The notes beneath the pieces were generated by a model, which saw only the letters and a program-made list of their open reading frames with translations, searched no databases and had not been told where the DNA came from. A DNA stretch of 64,000 nt from Camelus dromedarius (lineage: Eukaryota): assembly GCF_036321535.1 (NCBI RefSeq), contig NC_087437.1, positions 65,350,001 through 65,414,000 on the forward strand, read 5' to 3'. Positions within the stretch are counted from its first letter, which is position 1; every line of letters begins with the position of its first letter. Made by a program: the position numbers and the translations under genes. Shown piece by piece: positions 12,380-24,218 of this stretch.

Positions 12380-13285
12380 TTGTGGGGTAGCCTGGTGTAG
12401 GTACAGTCACACAGAAAGAACAGAGATTACCTTTCCCCTACTTCATGAAATAGAAACCCTCAAGTCTTGATGAACTTAGGATAGTAATTTTATAGTGAGA
12501 GTGTCAATATGTATATGAGAGTTTATTCTCTGTAGTGTAAAAAAAATTTTTTTGAGGCCAAATACCAAGTTTAATTCAATCTTTAATATTCTTTAATTTA
12601 ATACAAGAAAGTATTTATGAAATTGCCTTTTAAAGCTTACTGTGGCTCTAAACAGGTGCAGAACACATGCTTCAAATATGTACTTAGCACTTTGGGTCCT
12701 CATCTGTCTAGGTTGAGCATGAAGAAAAAACTGCTGCCTTGGAGGCATTTTCAGCCCAACCAGGATTCAGAAACTTGTGATAAGGACCCTAATAGGAGCT
12801 GGAGGCAGATAAGGATTTGGTTTCACATAAGCCACTAGGCTTAGGCGTTGTGTGTATTTGTATCCAATATCAATTTAAGACTTCTGAAGTAGTAATTTTA
12901 AATAGCATTGGCTAATGAATTAAGAATTCTGTAAAGTGGTAAGGCTTAGTATGGATGTAGTCTAGGAATAGATTGTCATGAAATGCTGTTTCTTCTTCCT
13001 TTCCCTCCCCCAGTTCATGCAATGAATGTATTTCAATACTTAGGTATTATAAAACAAGCTGTGCCTCTTTAAGAGGTATCCTGATCTGTAAGATCGGATA
13101 TTTATTGCAGTTTAATATAATACTGCCTGAGAAGGAAAACACCCCCCTATTGGTCCCTCATGCCTCTTTCTCTGTGGCATTGTGAGACTACTCATGTTGA
13201 AAGATGGTACTTTATAACCCCAGTCAGAGGTGATAACTGACCTTTTTGATGTTTCAATAAAATTAATTTATGAGAAACTTTATAG
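12380..13285 (+). other. POLQ: POLQ 3' UTR (about 0.9 kb, end approximate)
   Basis: Unique sequence from the stop codon to the first AATAAA I can see (13256); end inferred. Confidence 0.65.
13256..13261 (+). terminator. Likely POLQ polyadenylation signal AATAAA
   Basis: ctttttgatgtttcAATAAAattaat; U-rich context upstream, first canonical hexamer noticed after the stop. Confidence 0.7.
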
Positions 13286-13818
13286 CAGCAGTTCAGTTTT
13301 TAAAAACTTGTGCTTGGACTAAGAGTATTAGAAGCCTGTGTCACCTATTTATTCTGTACTTTGCTCAACAATGTCTCTGCTCATAGGAAGTGTTTATTAT
13401 ATTCTTAGTTATCAGAAGAGCTCTTTTATGTTATTAATCGGAATTTTTTTAAAAAGTTGCTTTATAAACAAAGTGTAGTGCACTATTAGAAGTTGGATAG
13501 TGCACAAGACTTTTTTGGGCCGGGGGTGGGAGGGAAGTGGGCAGAAGACAGCAGAGGTAAGAGGGAAGTTATATCCTTATTTCTCAGATTTTTTCCATAT
13601 TACGTGTACCGTGTTTCTTAGAAAAGCTGTAGTGCTGTTAGTATCGTGATGGTCTTGAGAATCCAGCACAAGAGAAACCTCAGTCTATTTACATGAGTGT
13701 TCTCCAAATACGAGTGCAGACGTATATAGGTCACTCCCACCTCATTTTCTGCAGCTGTGGCTCTACATATGTAGTTACATGTCTTTTCTCATCTTTTTGA
13801 CCTATCAACTGGACTTAA

Positions 13819-14010
13819 AACAATCCTTGCTTTGCATGATTCAGTTATGCACAAATTCCAGTTACAGTAGTTTACTTAAATAACATTAGTGCTACAACAC
13901 AGTTCAAATTTCACTTACCATGGTATATTAACTGAGTAATCACATAAAAGTTCAAACTTCACTGGTAGCTCTTCAGTCCACAAGTCACTATGTAAGTAAT
14001 AGATGTGCAT
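13819..14010 (+). mobile_element. MER82-like Tigger-family DNA transposon, left part
   Basis: gttcaaatttcacttaccatggtatattaactgag...gctcttcagtccacaagtcactatgtaag matches the MER82 consensus as recalled. Confidence 0.7.
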
Positions 14011-14440
14011 TGTGGTAGGCAGAATAATGCAGCCTCCCCCAGCATGTTCACATCCTACTCCCCCAAACCTGTGAACATGTATCACGTGGCACAAGGAACA
14101 TTGTTGATGTGATTAAGTTAGAGATCTTGAGATGGGGAGATTATCTGGGTGATTCCAATACGAACACAAGGTAGGAAAGGAAGGCAGATGGTCCAAGTCA
14201 GAGGAGGAAATGTGACAACGGAAACAGTCAGATTGAGATTTGAAGAATCTGCACTGCTGATTTTAAAGATGGAAGAAAGTGCCATGAGCCAAGGAATGCA
14301 GACAGCCTCTAAAAGATAGAAAGAGCAATGGAATGTACAGCCTCCAGAAGGGATGTGGCCCTGCCAACACCTTGATTTTAGTCCAATAAGATCATATTGG
14401 ACTCCTGACCTCCAGAACTGTAAGCTAATAATTTGTGTTT
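14011..14440 (+). mobile_element. MLT1D-like MaLR LTR, left part
   Basis: Starts tgtggtaggcagaataatg; contains gccatgagccaaggaatgcag and ctgacctccagaactgtaag. Confidence 0.8.
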
Positions 14441-15918
14441 TTGTTTGTTTTTCAGTTTTGAGATATAATTGGCATACCACACTGTATACATTTAAGGTGT
14501 ACAGCATGATGACTTGACTTACATATATTATGAAATTATTACCACAATAATTTTAATCGGCATCCATCATCTCGTTTAGATACAAAAAAAAAAGAGAGAA
14601 ATTGTTTTTTTCCTCCCCCTGTGATGAGAACTTTTTGAATTTACCCTTTTAGCATCTTTCAGATGTACAATCCAGTAGTGTTAACTGTAGTCATCATGCT
14701 GTGCATTACACCCCTATTTTCTGTATATAAAATCACGTCATCTGCAAATAGAGACGATTTTACTTCTTTCTAATTTGGATGCCTTTTATTTCTTTTTCTT
14801 GCCTCATTTCCAGTACTAAGAGTTCCAGTTCTATTTTTAATAGGAGTGGTGAGAGTGGGCATCCTTGTCTTGTTCCAGATCTTAGGGGGAAACTTTAAGT
14901 CTTTCACTATTGAGTATATTAGCTATGGGCTTGTCATAGATGGCCTTTATTATGTTGAGGTACAGGCCTTCTGTACCTAATAAGAGTTTTTATCATGACC
15001 TGATGTTGAATTTTGTCAAATGCTTTTTCTTCATCTATTGAGATGATCATATGATTTTTATCCTTCATTCTGTTAATGTGGTCTGTCACCTTTTTTGACT
15101 TGTTTGTATTGAAATATCCTTGCATCCCAGGCATAAATCCCAGTTGATTATGGGGTGTAATCCTTTTAATGTGGTGTTAAATTCAGTCTACTAGTATTTT
15201 GTTGAAGTTTTTGCATCTATGTTCATTAATGATATTGGCCTGTAATTTTCTTCTCTTGTGTCCTTTTCTGGCTTTGTTGTCAGGGTAATGCTGACCTCAT
15301 GAAATGAACTTGGGAGTATTCCCTCCTCTTCGATTTTTTGGAAGACTGAGAAGGATTGGTGTTAATTTTTCTCTAAATGTTTGGTAGAATTCACCAATGA
15401 AGCCATCTGGTCCTAGGCTTTTATTTTACTGGGTTTTTTTTGTTTGTTTTTGCTTTTTTTCTTTTTGTATTACTGAATCAATATCCTTATTAGTAATTGC
15501 TCTGTTCACATTTTCTATTTTTTCATGATTTAGTCTTGGTAGGTTGTATGTTTCTAATAATTCTATTTCTTCTAGGTTGTCTAGTTTGTTGAAATGTAGT
15601 TGTTCATAGTAGCCTCTTATGATCTTTTGTATTTCTGTGATATCAGTTGTAATGTCTTTTCTTTGACTTATAATTTTGTTGATTTGAGTCCTCTCTCTTT
15701 TTTCCTTGGTTAGTGTAGCTAAAGATTTGTCAGTTTTATTTATCTTTTTAAAGAAGCAGTTCTTAGTTTCATTAACCTTTTCTCTTGTTTTCCTGATTTC
15801 TGTTTAATTTATTTCTGCTCTAATCTTTATTATTTACTTCCTTCTGCTAAATTTGGGCTTAGTTTGCCCTTCTTTTTCTAGTTTCTTGAGCCATAGGGTT
15901 AGGTTGATTTTTCCGATC

Positions 15919-16200
15919 TTTTTTTTTTAATTAAAATATACTTTATTGCTAAAAAATGCTAACCATCATCTGAGCCTTCAGCGAGTTGTATTTTTTGCAA
16001 TTATAACACCAAAGGTCAATGATTATAGATTATCATAACAAGTACAGTCATAATGAAAAAGTTGGAAATACTGGGAGAACTATCAAAATGTGACAAAGAG
16101 ACACAAATTGAGCAAATGTTGTTGGATAAATGGTGTCAACAGACTTGCTCAATACAAGGTTTCCACAAACCTTTGGTTTGTAAAGTACACAGTATCTGTG
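15919..16200 (-). mobile_element. Tigger1 internal-deletion derivative lacking TIRs, with poly(A) tail
   Basis: minus: cacagatactgtgtactttacaaa...ggtttgtggaaacc...caactcgctgaaggctcagatgatggttagcattttttagcAATAAAgtatattttaatt then A10. Confidence 0.75.
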
Positions 16201-16997
16201 AATCTTTCTTGTTTCTTAATGTAGGCATTTCTTGCTATGAACTTTTACTGCATCCCATAAATTTTGTCATATTGTGTTTCCATTTTCATTTGTCTCAAGA
16301 TACTCTTTTATTTCCCCTTTAGTTTCTTCTTTGATCCATTGGTTGTTCTGGAGAGTGTCGTTTAATTTCCAAGTATTTGTGAGTTTTCCAGTTTTCCTCC
16401 TGTTAATGATTTCTAGTTTCATACCATCGTGGTCATTGAAGATACTTGGTATGATTTCAGTCCTCTTTAATTTGCTAAGACTTGTTTTGTGGCTAACCTA
16501 TGGTCTATCTAGAATATGTTCCATTTGTGCTTGAGATTAATTTGTAGTCTGCTGTTGGATAAAAAGTTCTGTATATTAAAATGTTCCATTAGAGCCATAT
16601 GATCTATAGTGTTGTTCATATCTGCTGTTTCCTTAATGATTCTCTTTCTGGATGATAAATTCTTTGTTGAGAGTAGGGTATTAATGTCCCCAACTATATT
16701 TCAATTTCAGTTTATTTCTCCTTTCATTTCTGTTAGTTTCTGCTTTATTTATATAGGTGCTCTGATGTTGGATGCATAAATATTTACAGTTGTTATAGCC
16801 TCTTGATGAATTGACCTCTTTAACATTATAATCTTTTTTTGTCTTTTTTTTTTTTTAATCATTTTTACTCTAATGTCTATTTTGTCTGATATAAGTATAC
16901 CTAATCCTGCTTTTTGGGAAGAGAGGTTATCATTTGCTTGACATATCTTTTTCCATCCCTATAGTCTTAGTCTGTGTGTGTCTTGTTTTTTGGACTA

Positions 16998-17225
16998 ATT
17001 TTTTTTATTGAGTTATAGTCAGTTTGCAATGTTGTGTCAATTACCAGTGTAGAGCACAATTTTTCAATTTTACATGAACATACTTATACTCATTGTCTCA
17101 TTCTTTTTTGCTGTGAGCTACCACAAGATCTTGTATATATTTCCCTGTGCTATACAGTATAATCTTGTTTATCTATTCTACATATGCCTGTCAGTATCTA
17201 CAGATTTCGAACTCCCAGTCGGTCC
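16998..17225 (-). mobile_element. Younger 5'-truncated L1 3' end inserted in the older L1
   Basis: ttttattgagttatagtcagtttgcaatgttgtg...ttccctgtgctatacag; similar to the copy at 42490. Confidence 0.7.
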
Positions 17226-17994
17226 CTTAAGGCTAAATTGAGTGTCATGTAGTGTCATATCATTGGATCTTTTTTTTTTTTTAATCCATTCAGCCATTCT
17301 GTATCTTTTTATTGGAGAATTTAATACATTTACATTAAAGTAATTATTACACCCAGAAGCTTTCTGGTCAGGCAGGACAGGGAGCTGCAGTGAGCAGTGA
17401 GTGGAGCTATGATTCTGCTCCCCTGCCTGGGGAGGCAGGGACGGGAAGGTGGGGAAGCAGACCAGGCTTTAGGGCTGGAAAGAGTCTTCGAGGTCCCAAG
17501 TCAGACAGACTTGCATCTTGCCCAGCTCCCTGGACAGACTGCACCAGTGTGTTGGCTCTGGGTCTGTCAAGATCTGAGTGGTAGTTGTTGCAAGCCCCTC
17601 TTCCCTTCTTCGTCACAGTCTGATTCCCAGTGGTCAAGCCTTGCAGATTCCCCTGCATCTCCAAGTGGGACTCTGAAGAAGGGACCCACAATGCTAGGAG
17701 AGTTGGATGTCCACTGGATCTCTTTTCCCACTGGAGGAAATGAAAGCTCAGGTGAGACTCATACTGTGCTGGCCTGGGAGAGAGGCAGTGTGGTCAGCAT
17801 GTAGCAGCTCCTCTTGTCCTTCTAATGTTGTCTGCCTCATTATCTGTGCTGCAGGGGATGCTTCATTCTCACCCCCATGTTCTAGGATTTTCTCTGTGGT
17901 GTCTTGTCCATGAATAGTTGTTAGTTCTTGTGAGGGGAAGTGAAGTTGGGAATGACCTATGTCACCATCTTGGTGATGTCACTCTTCAATTAAA

Positions 17995-18119
17995 AGATTT
18001 TTTTTTTATTATGGGGGGAGGTATTTAGGTTTATTTTTTAAATGGAGGTACAGGGGATTGAACCCAGGATCTCGTGCATGCTAAGTGTGAGCTCTACCAC
18101 TGAGCTATACCCTTCCCCC
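17995..18119 (-). mobile_element. tRNA-Ala-derived SINE (Vic-1 type)
   Basis: ggggattgaacccaggatctcgtgcatgctaagtgtgagctctaccactgagctataccc; poly-T; flanking tcaatt at 17986-17991 and 18120-18125. Confidence 0.85.
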
Positions 18120-18121
18120 TC

Positions 18122-18188
18122 AATTTGTGTTGTTTTAAACCAGTAAGTTTGTAGTAATTTGTTATAGCAGTAATAGGAAACTAATACA
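18122..18188 (+). mobile_element. MLT1D-like LTR, right end
   Basis: aatttgtgttgttttaaaccagtaagtttgtagtaatttgttatagcagtaataggaaactaataca is a canonical MLT1 3' terminus. Confidence 0.85.
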
Positions 18189-18608
18189 CCCATTATGATG
18201 AGTTACCAATTATATTACTTCTTTCAAAGTCTGTCCATGACTGGTCACTGTACATCTGTCATTCACTTTATACACAGTAAAGTGTGTAGCAGTGTTGATT
18301 CCTGGCCTTCCAGTGTTAAAGCCATGTGATATTTTATAAAAATGGGTAATCAGAAGAGGAAAGTGGCTAATTAAGACACAGGCACACCAGAGAAATGAAA
18401 AATGGCAACACTATAAGTGAAATTCAAACTGGACACAGAGTTACAGAAGAAATAGTTGACTGTGGAAGTATTGACACTGATGCCATTTGAGATATTCTAG
18501 ATATGCAACTTGAAGAACGTGGTGAAGGCAACATTATCAATATAAATGAGGAAAATGGTTGTGACAGAAAAGATGAAGATGTCCTAGAGGAAGTGATGTG
18601 AGCAAAAT
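18189..18608 (+). mobile_element. MER82-like element, right part
   Basis: acttctttcaaagtctgtccatgactggtcactg continues the sequence interrupted at 14010. Confidence 0.7.
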
Positions 18609-18629
18609 TTATTTATTAACCTACAAATT

Positions 18630-20550
18630 TACTTTAATTTCAATGAAAGTCTCCATAGGAATTTTTTTTTTTGAAATAGATAGTATCCTGAAACTCATCT
18701 AGGTGAAAAAACCTCAATTACCTATTAAACTTGAAAAAGATCAATATTAGGCCATACTGTAAAGATTATAATAATTTATCAGTTTGATAAGAACACAGAA
18801 ATAGACAAATAGATTACTTGGGAAGTCTAAGGAATTTAGAAAACAGACTTGCATATATATGGGAAATGATTTAAATGTCATTTCAAATTAGAGGTGAAAG
18901 AATGAGTCATTCAAAAATAAGGGTGTAGTGACATGTTTCCCGTTTATCAAAATACCAAGATGCCAGATAGATTAAAAGCCTAAATATATAAAAAAAACCA
19001 AACTAAAGAAGATGTAAGAGATTATTTATTATTTTATAGATGTAAAGACCTTTAAACAAAGTTCAAAAGTCATAAAGCTAAAAGATGATAAAATTTGACT
19101 GCATTAAAAGAAAAAAAATCTTCAATATGAAAAAGTGATGACAACAAGATACTGAACAGTCTAACCTAGGGGAAGGGAATAGATAACCCCAAAGGAATCC
19201 ATAACCTAGATGAGACTGAGTTAGCAAGTGAGACCACAGGACCCTGCCTGAAACAAGAGAGCAAGGCACACGTTCACTAATTGTAATTTAGCACAAATCA
19301 GTGAAAGGTGCTCAAGGGTCTAGAATAGACCTACTACCCTTATAGAAGGGGTCACAGAGGACACAGTGACGCACAAGGACCAACACCCTCTTCCCTTACC
19401 ATGAGGTCACAGAAGACTTCTCCAAACCCAGAATTTCTTAGGAAAACTCAAAAATAAAGGAAAATCATTTGTAAAAAATAAGTAACTATACTAATTTCCA
19501 GAGTTATAATAAAAATGAACAACAAATGACCTATAATATCTGACTCCATCTCTTGATGTTTGCTGACAAGTTTCAAGCCTCACCTTCTCTTTTCCCCTTC
19601 TGCCCCACATCTGAGTGAGCTGAGAAGAGAGCCTGGGTGCTCCTCTCTTTCCAGTGCAAGCCTCTTCCTGCAAACCTTGCCCCCACCCCCCCACAACAAA
19701 ACCCCTGAGCCAATCTCTTTATCTTCGTCTCTCAAGCCATTTTTGGGCCACTTTGGGTGCCATCCTCCTCTCCCCAGAAAGCCTCTTTATGTGAATAGTT
19801 AATCTTTTCTATGTCCTCTTAGGGTGTGTGTGTGATATCAGTCTCAACATCTAAACCAAATTTTGGGTAGGGTGTCCAGTCTAGTTCTGTAGGGTTGCCA
19901 CAATAGAACTATTCAGAGAAAATAGTAAAAAATCACAAACAGATAAGTCAAAGAAGAGTAAAAATAAAAAGATGTTTAATTTCACCAATTAGAAATTCCA
20001 GTAAAAACCGTAAGATGTCATTTTCACCTCTCAAATTATGAAAAAAATTAAAAGATGAGTATTGAGAATGGAGGAAAATGTAAGGCAATAATAGTTCTTA
20101 TATACTCGTGAAGAATAGTTAAATTGGCAACATCTATTTGAGAGGTTTAAAGGAGCATACCCTTTGACTCAATTCCACAGCATCTTCCCTGGAGAAACAC
20201 TTGCATATGTGCTGAATGCATGTGCAACAATGTTCACTGCAGTCTTGTTTGTAATATGGAGGGATTGGAAAATATCTAAATGTTTACTACTAGAGTAGTT
20301 GTAACAAATTATACTTTATTGACACCATGCAATAATATAAGTAAGTTAAGTATTGACATGGAAAGGTATCTAAGACATAGTAAGTACATGAATAAGCAAG
20401 TTGCAGCATAGGAAAATGTGTAGAAGGAAACAACTAATAACTAGTACAGACAAGGGTAGGGGGCGACCAGGGGAAACTTACTTTTGTCTGAATTTATTTG
20501 GTGTCACACAAGTATGCATTCGTGTATTATTTGTGTAATTAAAACATTTT
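18630..20550 (+). mobile_element. Old L1ME-like ORF2 end and 3' region, interrupted by an LTR
   Basis: A-rich sense L1 wording (gcataccctttgactcaattccac, caatgttcactgcagtcttgtttgtaata). Confidence 0.6.
19148..19904 (+). mobile_element. MER74-like ERVL solo LTR
   Basis: 3' part cccagaaagcctctttatgtg...atcagtctcaacatctaaaccaaattttgggt...gggttgccacaa resembles the MER73/74 end; left boundary approximate. Confidence 0.55.
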
Positions 20551-20694
20551 TTAAAAGAAAAAAACTTAAATAATGTTTGGATTCGCAAACCAGCTCAGAG
20601 AACTACTCTTTAACCCACAAAGCAGCTGTCCATTTGCTATGAAAGGTGGAAGACAATGTTACTGAAATGCGGTGAGTCAACAAAAATGAAAATA

Positions 20695-21850
20695 TTTTTA
20701 TTTTTTAAATTTTATTTTCAAATAATTTCAAACCTAAATAAAAGTTTCAGGAATAGTACAAGACTCCCTCTCAGGTGCGAAACAACACTTAAGTTTTGTA
20801 ATTTGCTCCAATTATGTCTTTTATAGCAAAAGGGTCCAATCCTAGATCACATGTTGTACCCCGCTTATCACATCTCTCTCTTTAGCCTCCTTAAATCTGG
20901 AACATGCATCTTTCCTCTACTTTTATGAAAAGTTGGATACAGGGGAGTCATTTTATAGAATGTCTCTCAGTTTGGTTTTATTCAGTATTTCCTCATGATT
21001 AGACCTAGGTTGTGCATTTTTGGCAGATTATGACAGAGGTAATGCTGTGTTCTTGTCATTATGTGTTGTCAGATGGCACATGATGTTTCCTTACTGGTTG
21101 TGGTAACATTGATCACTTGATTAAAATAGTGCCTGCCAGATTTCCCTAGTGTAAAATTATATATTTTATGATAAATAAGTATTTTTTGTGGAGATACTTT
21201 GAGACTATATAAATATCCTATTCCTCCATCCTGCTTTAACCCACTAGTTTTAGCATCCAGTGGTATTTGTTGGCCATGTTATTATCACTACGATGATTGC
21301 CAGAGAGTAAATTTAAAATTCCATCCACGTTTATTGGTTGACATTCTATAGTAAAGAAGAGCTTTCTCTTTTCCTAATTAATTAATTAACATCAATGTAG
21401 ATTCGTGGGTTCCTATTTTATTTAATAACTATTAATACTTTTGATACTTATATTGTCCCTGATTTGGCCTGTATGTGTCCTTTCAAGCTGGCTTCTGTGT
21501 CCTATTGACACATCCCCATGATTTGAATATCTTCTGGCATAAAAACATATTCCAGCCTTGAAATCAGCTGTTTCTTCAAGGAGCCATGTTCCTTTTAGCA
21601 GAGTATAGTGTTTAGAAATCAAAATCAAGGTATGCTCATTGCTCTTGGGGGTTTTTTCCCAGTCCTTTCAGTGTTCAGAATTAGGATACACACCTTTTTA
21701 CATCATACATATGCATTTTAATATTTTTACAAGACACTGATAGTTCAAATTCTAATTCAGTACTGCATGGTTTATTCTCTCTTTCCCTTCTATTTGTACT
21801 TCTCCATTAGTGAGAACCCTGACTCCTGTATCCTCGATTTATTTACTTAA
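20695..21850 (-). mobile_element. L1MC-like 3' region fragment
   Basis: tttattttcaaataatttcaaacct...aaagtttcaggaatagtacaa start; cagctgtttcttcaaggagccatgttcctttta. Confidence 0.65.
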
Positions 21851-24069
21851 TTGCTCAATCCTTAATCTCCTGACCTGCTGGGCTGCCTTCTGCCTTGTTC
21901 CAATGCCTTCCTCACACAGGCACCATTACTAACCACCTGAGGGCTGACCCTGCTCTTCACTCCAACTCCACTCTCCTGTGGCTGTCCTGCTCACCCTGCT
22001 CCAAGTGCAGATGGGGCTGCAGTCAACAGTATGCTCAGGTTGGTTGACTTTTGGACTGAATGAATGGGGAAAAAAAAAAAAAAGAGAGCGAAAGGAAGGG
22101 AAGAAGGAGGGAAGGAAGAAAGTCAAATCAGTATTTTAAACATTGAATACAGATTTGACTGTAATTCAAAGAGGGTGAGGAGGTAAAATGGATCCTTTTG
22201 AGAAAATTTTGAAGGGAAGACTGGGTATTTGAATTTTTAAAGGGTCTATCTTTTTATTTGTACTTTAAATAAAAAAAATTCTTTAGCCTAGGGTTGGTTG
22301 GTTCTTTTCCGTTTTTATATGGAACCAAAACTAGGAGAGAAACGGTGGTGGAAAATTTTTTCTGAGATAATTAGACAGCCTTTGGAAGAATAAGGTTAGT
22401 TGGCTAAGGCCACAGTATAGATAGCTATAAAGAATTAGCCATGCAGATGAAAGCCAGGGGAGCAGGAGAGCACACACTTTCTGGGGGACATTTGGAGGTG
22501 CTGAGTTTATGTATGTCCATAATAACCAATAGGTGGTGGTATAAGCCCACCCATAATACTATAATAGCTTTCTTCTTCTTCTTCTTCTTTTTTTTCTTTT
22601 GCCTGCAGGAAGTAAAGTATGAGTGTTGAGTTTCTAAGTATATCTTGTTTAGCCTAAGTTTCTTATGCTGCACTCTCACCAAACTTAGCTTTATCTGTAC
22701 TTCACCAAAGGTGATAGCAGTTAACATCCTTAAAAAATTTGTAAAGTCTTCTGACAAAAAGTTACATATTTCCACAATTTGATGGAAAATTTGGCTATTT
22801 CTACCATTTTAGATTGATAAACTCTAGTAAAAACTGAGTTATGGGAACTTGTGTTCAGTGTTTTTTTTTCTTTCTCTGTTTTAGTTCAAATAAATATGCT
22901 GTACATTGTTCCCCCACCCATCTCCCTGCCTTTTAAAAACAAATTATAGTTTGCAAAACCATGGTTCACCATGTTGCAAATGAGAGTCTTACCTCTGTCC
23001 ATATTTAATCCTGGCAAAAGGCATTAGTGGTGCATGACATCATAACATAAGAGAGCATCTATGTACAAACATATACAATTTTATTGATATCTCTACAGAC
23101 TACAAGAATTTTAAGTATAGTCACAATTGCTGAGTGCAACAGAAAAATAGTAATTTGTCATTTTCTGAAAAGATGCAAAAATTCTGAAGATGAAAGATAC
23201 ATCAATGATGTCATCTGTTTCTTATTTCCTAGAATAAAACATCACATAATTAAGTACTAAAAATTATAGGTTATTAGAGATTTTAATCCTGTGTACACTT
23301 GTCTATAACCACCACCTAGTTATCTTCTGGCTTTGCAGTTGCGAAGGGTGGGCCAATACCAGAGGGGAGCAGCGTGAGAGGAGAACTCTTCTGAGTTTTC
23401 TCGTTGACCAGTATTGCCTTGGATAGGCTGACTCTTCCTTTCTGAAAGTGAAAGCGCTCTTTCAGGGCCCTGGAGGCCATAGTGAGTTATAGAAATTATT
23501 CTCCCTTTAAACACATACCCAGTGACTAAGAAAATAAATCCAAGTGGCCCTGGGAGCTAAGATGACAATCACAAAGGAAGAGTTGTTCTCCCTTCTTGCT
23601 ATGATCAAGTCCAGTAAAATATATCTATAGCAGAACAGGTACCTGGTACCCATGTCTCCTCCAAAAGAAGAATGAACAATAAATTTGGACCTGACTTAGT
23701 AAGTGATTGAGAATTTTTATTATCTAACTATTGAGAATTAGTTTTCCACTTAGCCTTACATGCTGTTGAATTTCTTTTGATATCTCTGGTGTCATACGAT
23801 GTCACATGTATGAGGCAATCAAAACCTAGATGTTTGAATTGGAATAATTAATGGCCAAGTCACATAGGAGAAAATCGCAAAGACAGTGTTATTAACAGTT
23901 AATGGGACACTGCCTGGTCAGAAATTTGTACAGAACATTTGTCTTGGGTTGTAACACAGAATAAGTATCAATTCAGCCAATACTGCATCTCCAATATCTT
24001 GCCTTCCTTGACCCCGCAGGGGTGGGGCTTACATGCTGGCCAGGGTAGACAAATGTGTCTTCCTTAGTA

Positions 24070-24218
24070 GAGATACCAACCTTGGCTGGACATTGGAACC
24101 ATCTTGGGGGCTTTCAAAAATGATGTTTGGTTCCAACTCTGAAAGATTTTGATGTAATTGGGAATTTTAGAAGCTCCTTAGGTGATTTCTTATGTACAGC
24201 CAGAGCTGAGAATCACTT
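24070..24218. mobile_element. MER5-like hAT-Charlie element inside the putative STXBP5L 3' UTR
   Basis: aagctccttaggtgatttcttatgtacagccagagctgagaatcact terminus. Confidence 0.6.

Larger units (their letters stand above)
14445..17985 (-). mobile_element. L1 with both ends retained and two large internal deletions
   Basis: 3' UTR 14450-14715; ORF2 endonuclease-RT remnant 14718-17348 (ORF 14934-15134: [26 protein letters not shown]); GC-richer 5' UTR 17350-17985 ending gtcaccatcttgg; flanking aatttgtgtt repeat. Confidence 0.8.

Noticed and set aside
14118..14507. 129-aa minus-strand ORF
   Set aside because: Spans an MLT1 LTR/L1 junction; a chance TE-derived ORF.
17390..17913. Cluster of ORFs up to 135 aa
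   Set aside because: They lie in the GC-richer L1 5' UTR, where stops are rarer; no recognisable protein.
22425..22775. 116-aa ORF with a poly-Lys run
   Set aside because: The poly-Lys comes from a (TTC)n/T-run microsatellite; no start context or homology.
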